IMG/VR virus record: IMGVR_UViG_3300044518_000068
Location: 1-47,793 of that record
Source of the DNA: a virus
Taxonomy: Duplodnaviria > Caudoviricetes
Direction: 5' to 3' (one strand)
Length of the DNA stretch: 47,793 nucleotides
Positions 46,558 to 47,793 of this stretch are shown piece by piece. The notes under the pieces are model-generated. The model saw only the letters and a program-made list of their open reading frames with translations. It was not told the DNA's origin and ran no database searches. The translations under genes were made by a program, and so were the position numbers. The first letter of the stretch is position 1. Every line of letters starts with the position of its first letter.

Positions 46558-46743
46558 CCGTTCCCCGCACCGGCGGGGTTGCCCTGCGATCTGCTGAACG
46601 CTGATGTGACAGCAGGGGTTGGCCCCGCGTTCGCGGGGATGGCCCATGGCCCTGTTTCGCATGATCGTTGGTCCCGCGCTCGCGGGCCTGGCCCACGGCC
46701 CTGTTTCACATACTCGTTGGGCCCGCGCTCGCGGGTGGCAGAC
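46558..46743 (+). CRISPR. Cas-less mini-array of four degenerate type I-E-like repeats
   Basis: Repeats at 46558 CCGTTCCCCGCACCGGCGGGGTTGCCCT, 46618 GTTGGCCCCGCGTTCGCGGGGATGGCCC, 46667 GTTGGTCCCGCGCTCGCGGGCCTGGCCC, 46716 GTTGGGCCCGCGCTCGCGGGTGGCAGAC; periods 60, 49, 49. Confidence 0.8.
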
Positions 46744-46776
46744 CGCCCCGCTCGGCTTCGGCCGGGCGGGGCGGTC
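46741..46776. terminator. Terminator hairpin closing the mini-array
   Basis: GACCGCCCCGCTCGGC-TTCG-GCCGGGCGGGGCGGTC. Confidence 0.8.
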
Positions 46777-46800
46777 TCGTCGTGCCGGGCCCGTCGGCGG

Positions 46801-46998
46801 TCAGCTCGGGCTGATGCCGGCACGGCGGAGGGCCTCCCACAGCTGGGCGATGTGCTCGGAGGTGGGCTCGACCTGGACAGCGGCGGCCGCGGCCTCGACC
46901 TCGGCGCGCGCGCCGGGTGGCGCGTCGCGCCAGACCGCGGCGAGTTGGTCGAGCGCGGCGGTGTGCCCGGGCGGCGGGTCGGGCAGGGGGCTCGTCAT
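46801..46998 (-). CDS. Small hypothetical protein
   Basis: GGAG RBS before ATG 46998. Confidence 0.6.
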   Translation of the reverse strand: MTSPLPDPPPGHTAALDQLAAVWRDAPPGARAEVEAAAAAVQVEPTSEHIAQLWEALRRAGISPS

Positions 46999-47011
46999 GG
47001 GCCCAGGGTAG

Positions 47012-47353
47012 TCACTCCGCCTGCTGCCGGACTGCACCCTGGAGTGCGTCCCAGGTGGGCCAGAAGGTGCCCTCTTCGCGAGCCTGGACCATGACCGGGT
47101 GCTGCCGGACTTCCCGGCCGAGCCGGTCGCGCGCGGTCCTCAGCCGCGCCAGCTCGGCGGACTCGTCCGCGCTCCAGGTGCCGCGTTCCAGGGACTGCTC
47201 GGGCGCCGGGTACTCCTCGCGGCGGCGGGCCTCCATCTCGGTGATGTATGCGGCGACGGCGGTCTCGGCGGCGATGCGACGGCGCTGGAGGTGGACCAGG
47301 CCATCGGGGATGGGCAGCGGGTCGGGCACGTTCCGCCAGCGGTCCCCCTGCAT
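47012..47353 (-). CDS. Hypothetical protein
   Basis: LPIPDGLVHLQR...WSADESAELARLR...HPVM; start uncertain. Confidence 0.65.
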   Translation of the reverse strand: MQGDRWRNVPDPLPIPDGLVHLQRRRIAAETAVAAYITEMEARRREEYPAPEQSLERGTWSADESAELARLRTARDRLGREVRQHPVMVQAREEGTFWPTWDALQGAVRQQAE

Positions 47354-47418
47354 GGGCAGAACCGACAAGGCCGCCCTGCCCGCCGGGCGCGTGCTCGGCG
47401 GGCAGGGCGGCCTCTTGT

Positions 47419-47637
47419 CTACGCCTTGAGCCGCTGTTCCTCTAGCTCGCGGCGCCGCTTCCTCTGCGCGGCTTCGACCCGGAGCATCCGTTCTCTCCGG
47501 GCGTCTTTCCGCCGTTGCTCCTCGCCCGGCGGCTCCATGACGTGGAAGCAGAGCGGGCAGACGTAGCCGCCCTCCGGCCCCTCTCTGACGGGGCTACCGC
47601 ACCGTGCGCAGTGGAGGGTGTGTCGATCCTGGACCAT
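47419..47637 (-). CDS. Small Zn-ribbon protein
   Basis: CARC...CPLC plus basic tail. Confidence 0.6.
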   Translation of the reverse strand: MVQDRHTLHCARCGSPVREGPEGGYVCPLCFHVMEPPGEEQRRKDARRERMLRVEAAQRKRRRELEEQRLKA

Positions 47638-47646
47638 GCGACCAGG

Positions 47647-47793
47647 CTACTCGGCGAACGGCACCACGGTCAGCGGGATGGTGGCCACGAACTGGCCACC
47701 GCCCGCGTTCGGGTTCGCGATGACCGTGCCGCACTGGCAAACCAGCTGCGGCCCCTGGTCGTTCATCTGACTGCCGCACGAAGGACAGGGCAT
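47647..47793 (-). CDS. Small Zn-ribbon protein (48 aa, not in ORF track)
   Basis: MPCPSCGSQMNDQGPQLVCQCG...; ATG at window end. Confidence 0.55.
   Translation of the reverse strand: MPCPSCGSQMNDQGPQLVCQCGTVIANPNAGGGQFVATIPLTVVPFAE

Larger units (their letters stand above)
1..47793. mobile_element. Temperate siphovirus-type prophage of an actinomycete (att sites not in window)
   Basis: Complete modular order: integrase, immunity, replication, terminase, portal, capsid, tail, tape measure, lysis. Confidence 0.96.

Noticed and set aside
46801-47793. Right-end small genes as cas genes for the mini-array
   Set aside because: Too short, with no Cas6 Gly-rich loop or other Cas motif; Cas proteins would have to come from the host

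Overview
The window is an apparently intact, high-GC temperate siphovirus prophage of an actinomycete, probably Streptomycetaceae (inferred from GC content, WhiB, ECF sigma and near-absence of TTA codons). Order: tyrosine integrase, CI/Cro/Xis switch, early recombination/replication genes (RecT-like, DnaQ-like, WhiB, clamp-like, initiator with internal iterons, DnaC-like loader), many small middle genes (ECF sigma, LuxR, papain-like amidase), packaging, head, neck and tail modules, a lysis cassette preceded by an HKD/PLD gene, and a right-end accessory region. The att sites lie outside the window. The main find is at ~45.9-46.8 kb: a cas-less mini-array of four degenerate type I-E-like CRISPR repeats with one near-normal spacer and two related spacers shortened by exactly 12 nt. 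It ends in its own terminator and lies divergent from a two-gene operon (small acidic protein + HTH) carrying a perfect 24-bp palindrome, an acr-aca-like layout. This looks like a combined RNA and protein counter-CRISPR module. Also notable is a D/E-free, NUMOD3-like tandem-repeat basic protein in the neck module. All product calls come from motif recognition and synteny by eye; no database search was run.
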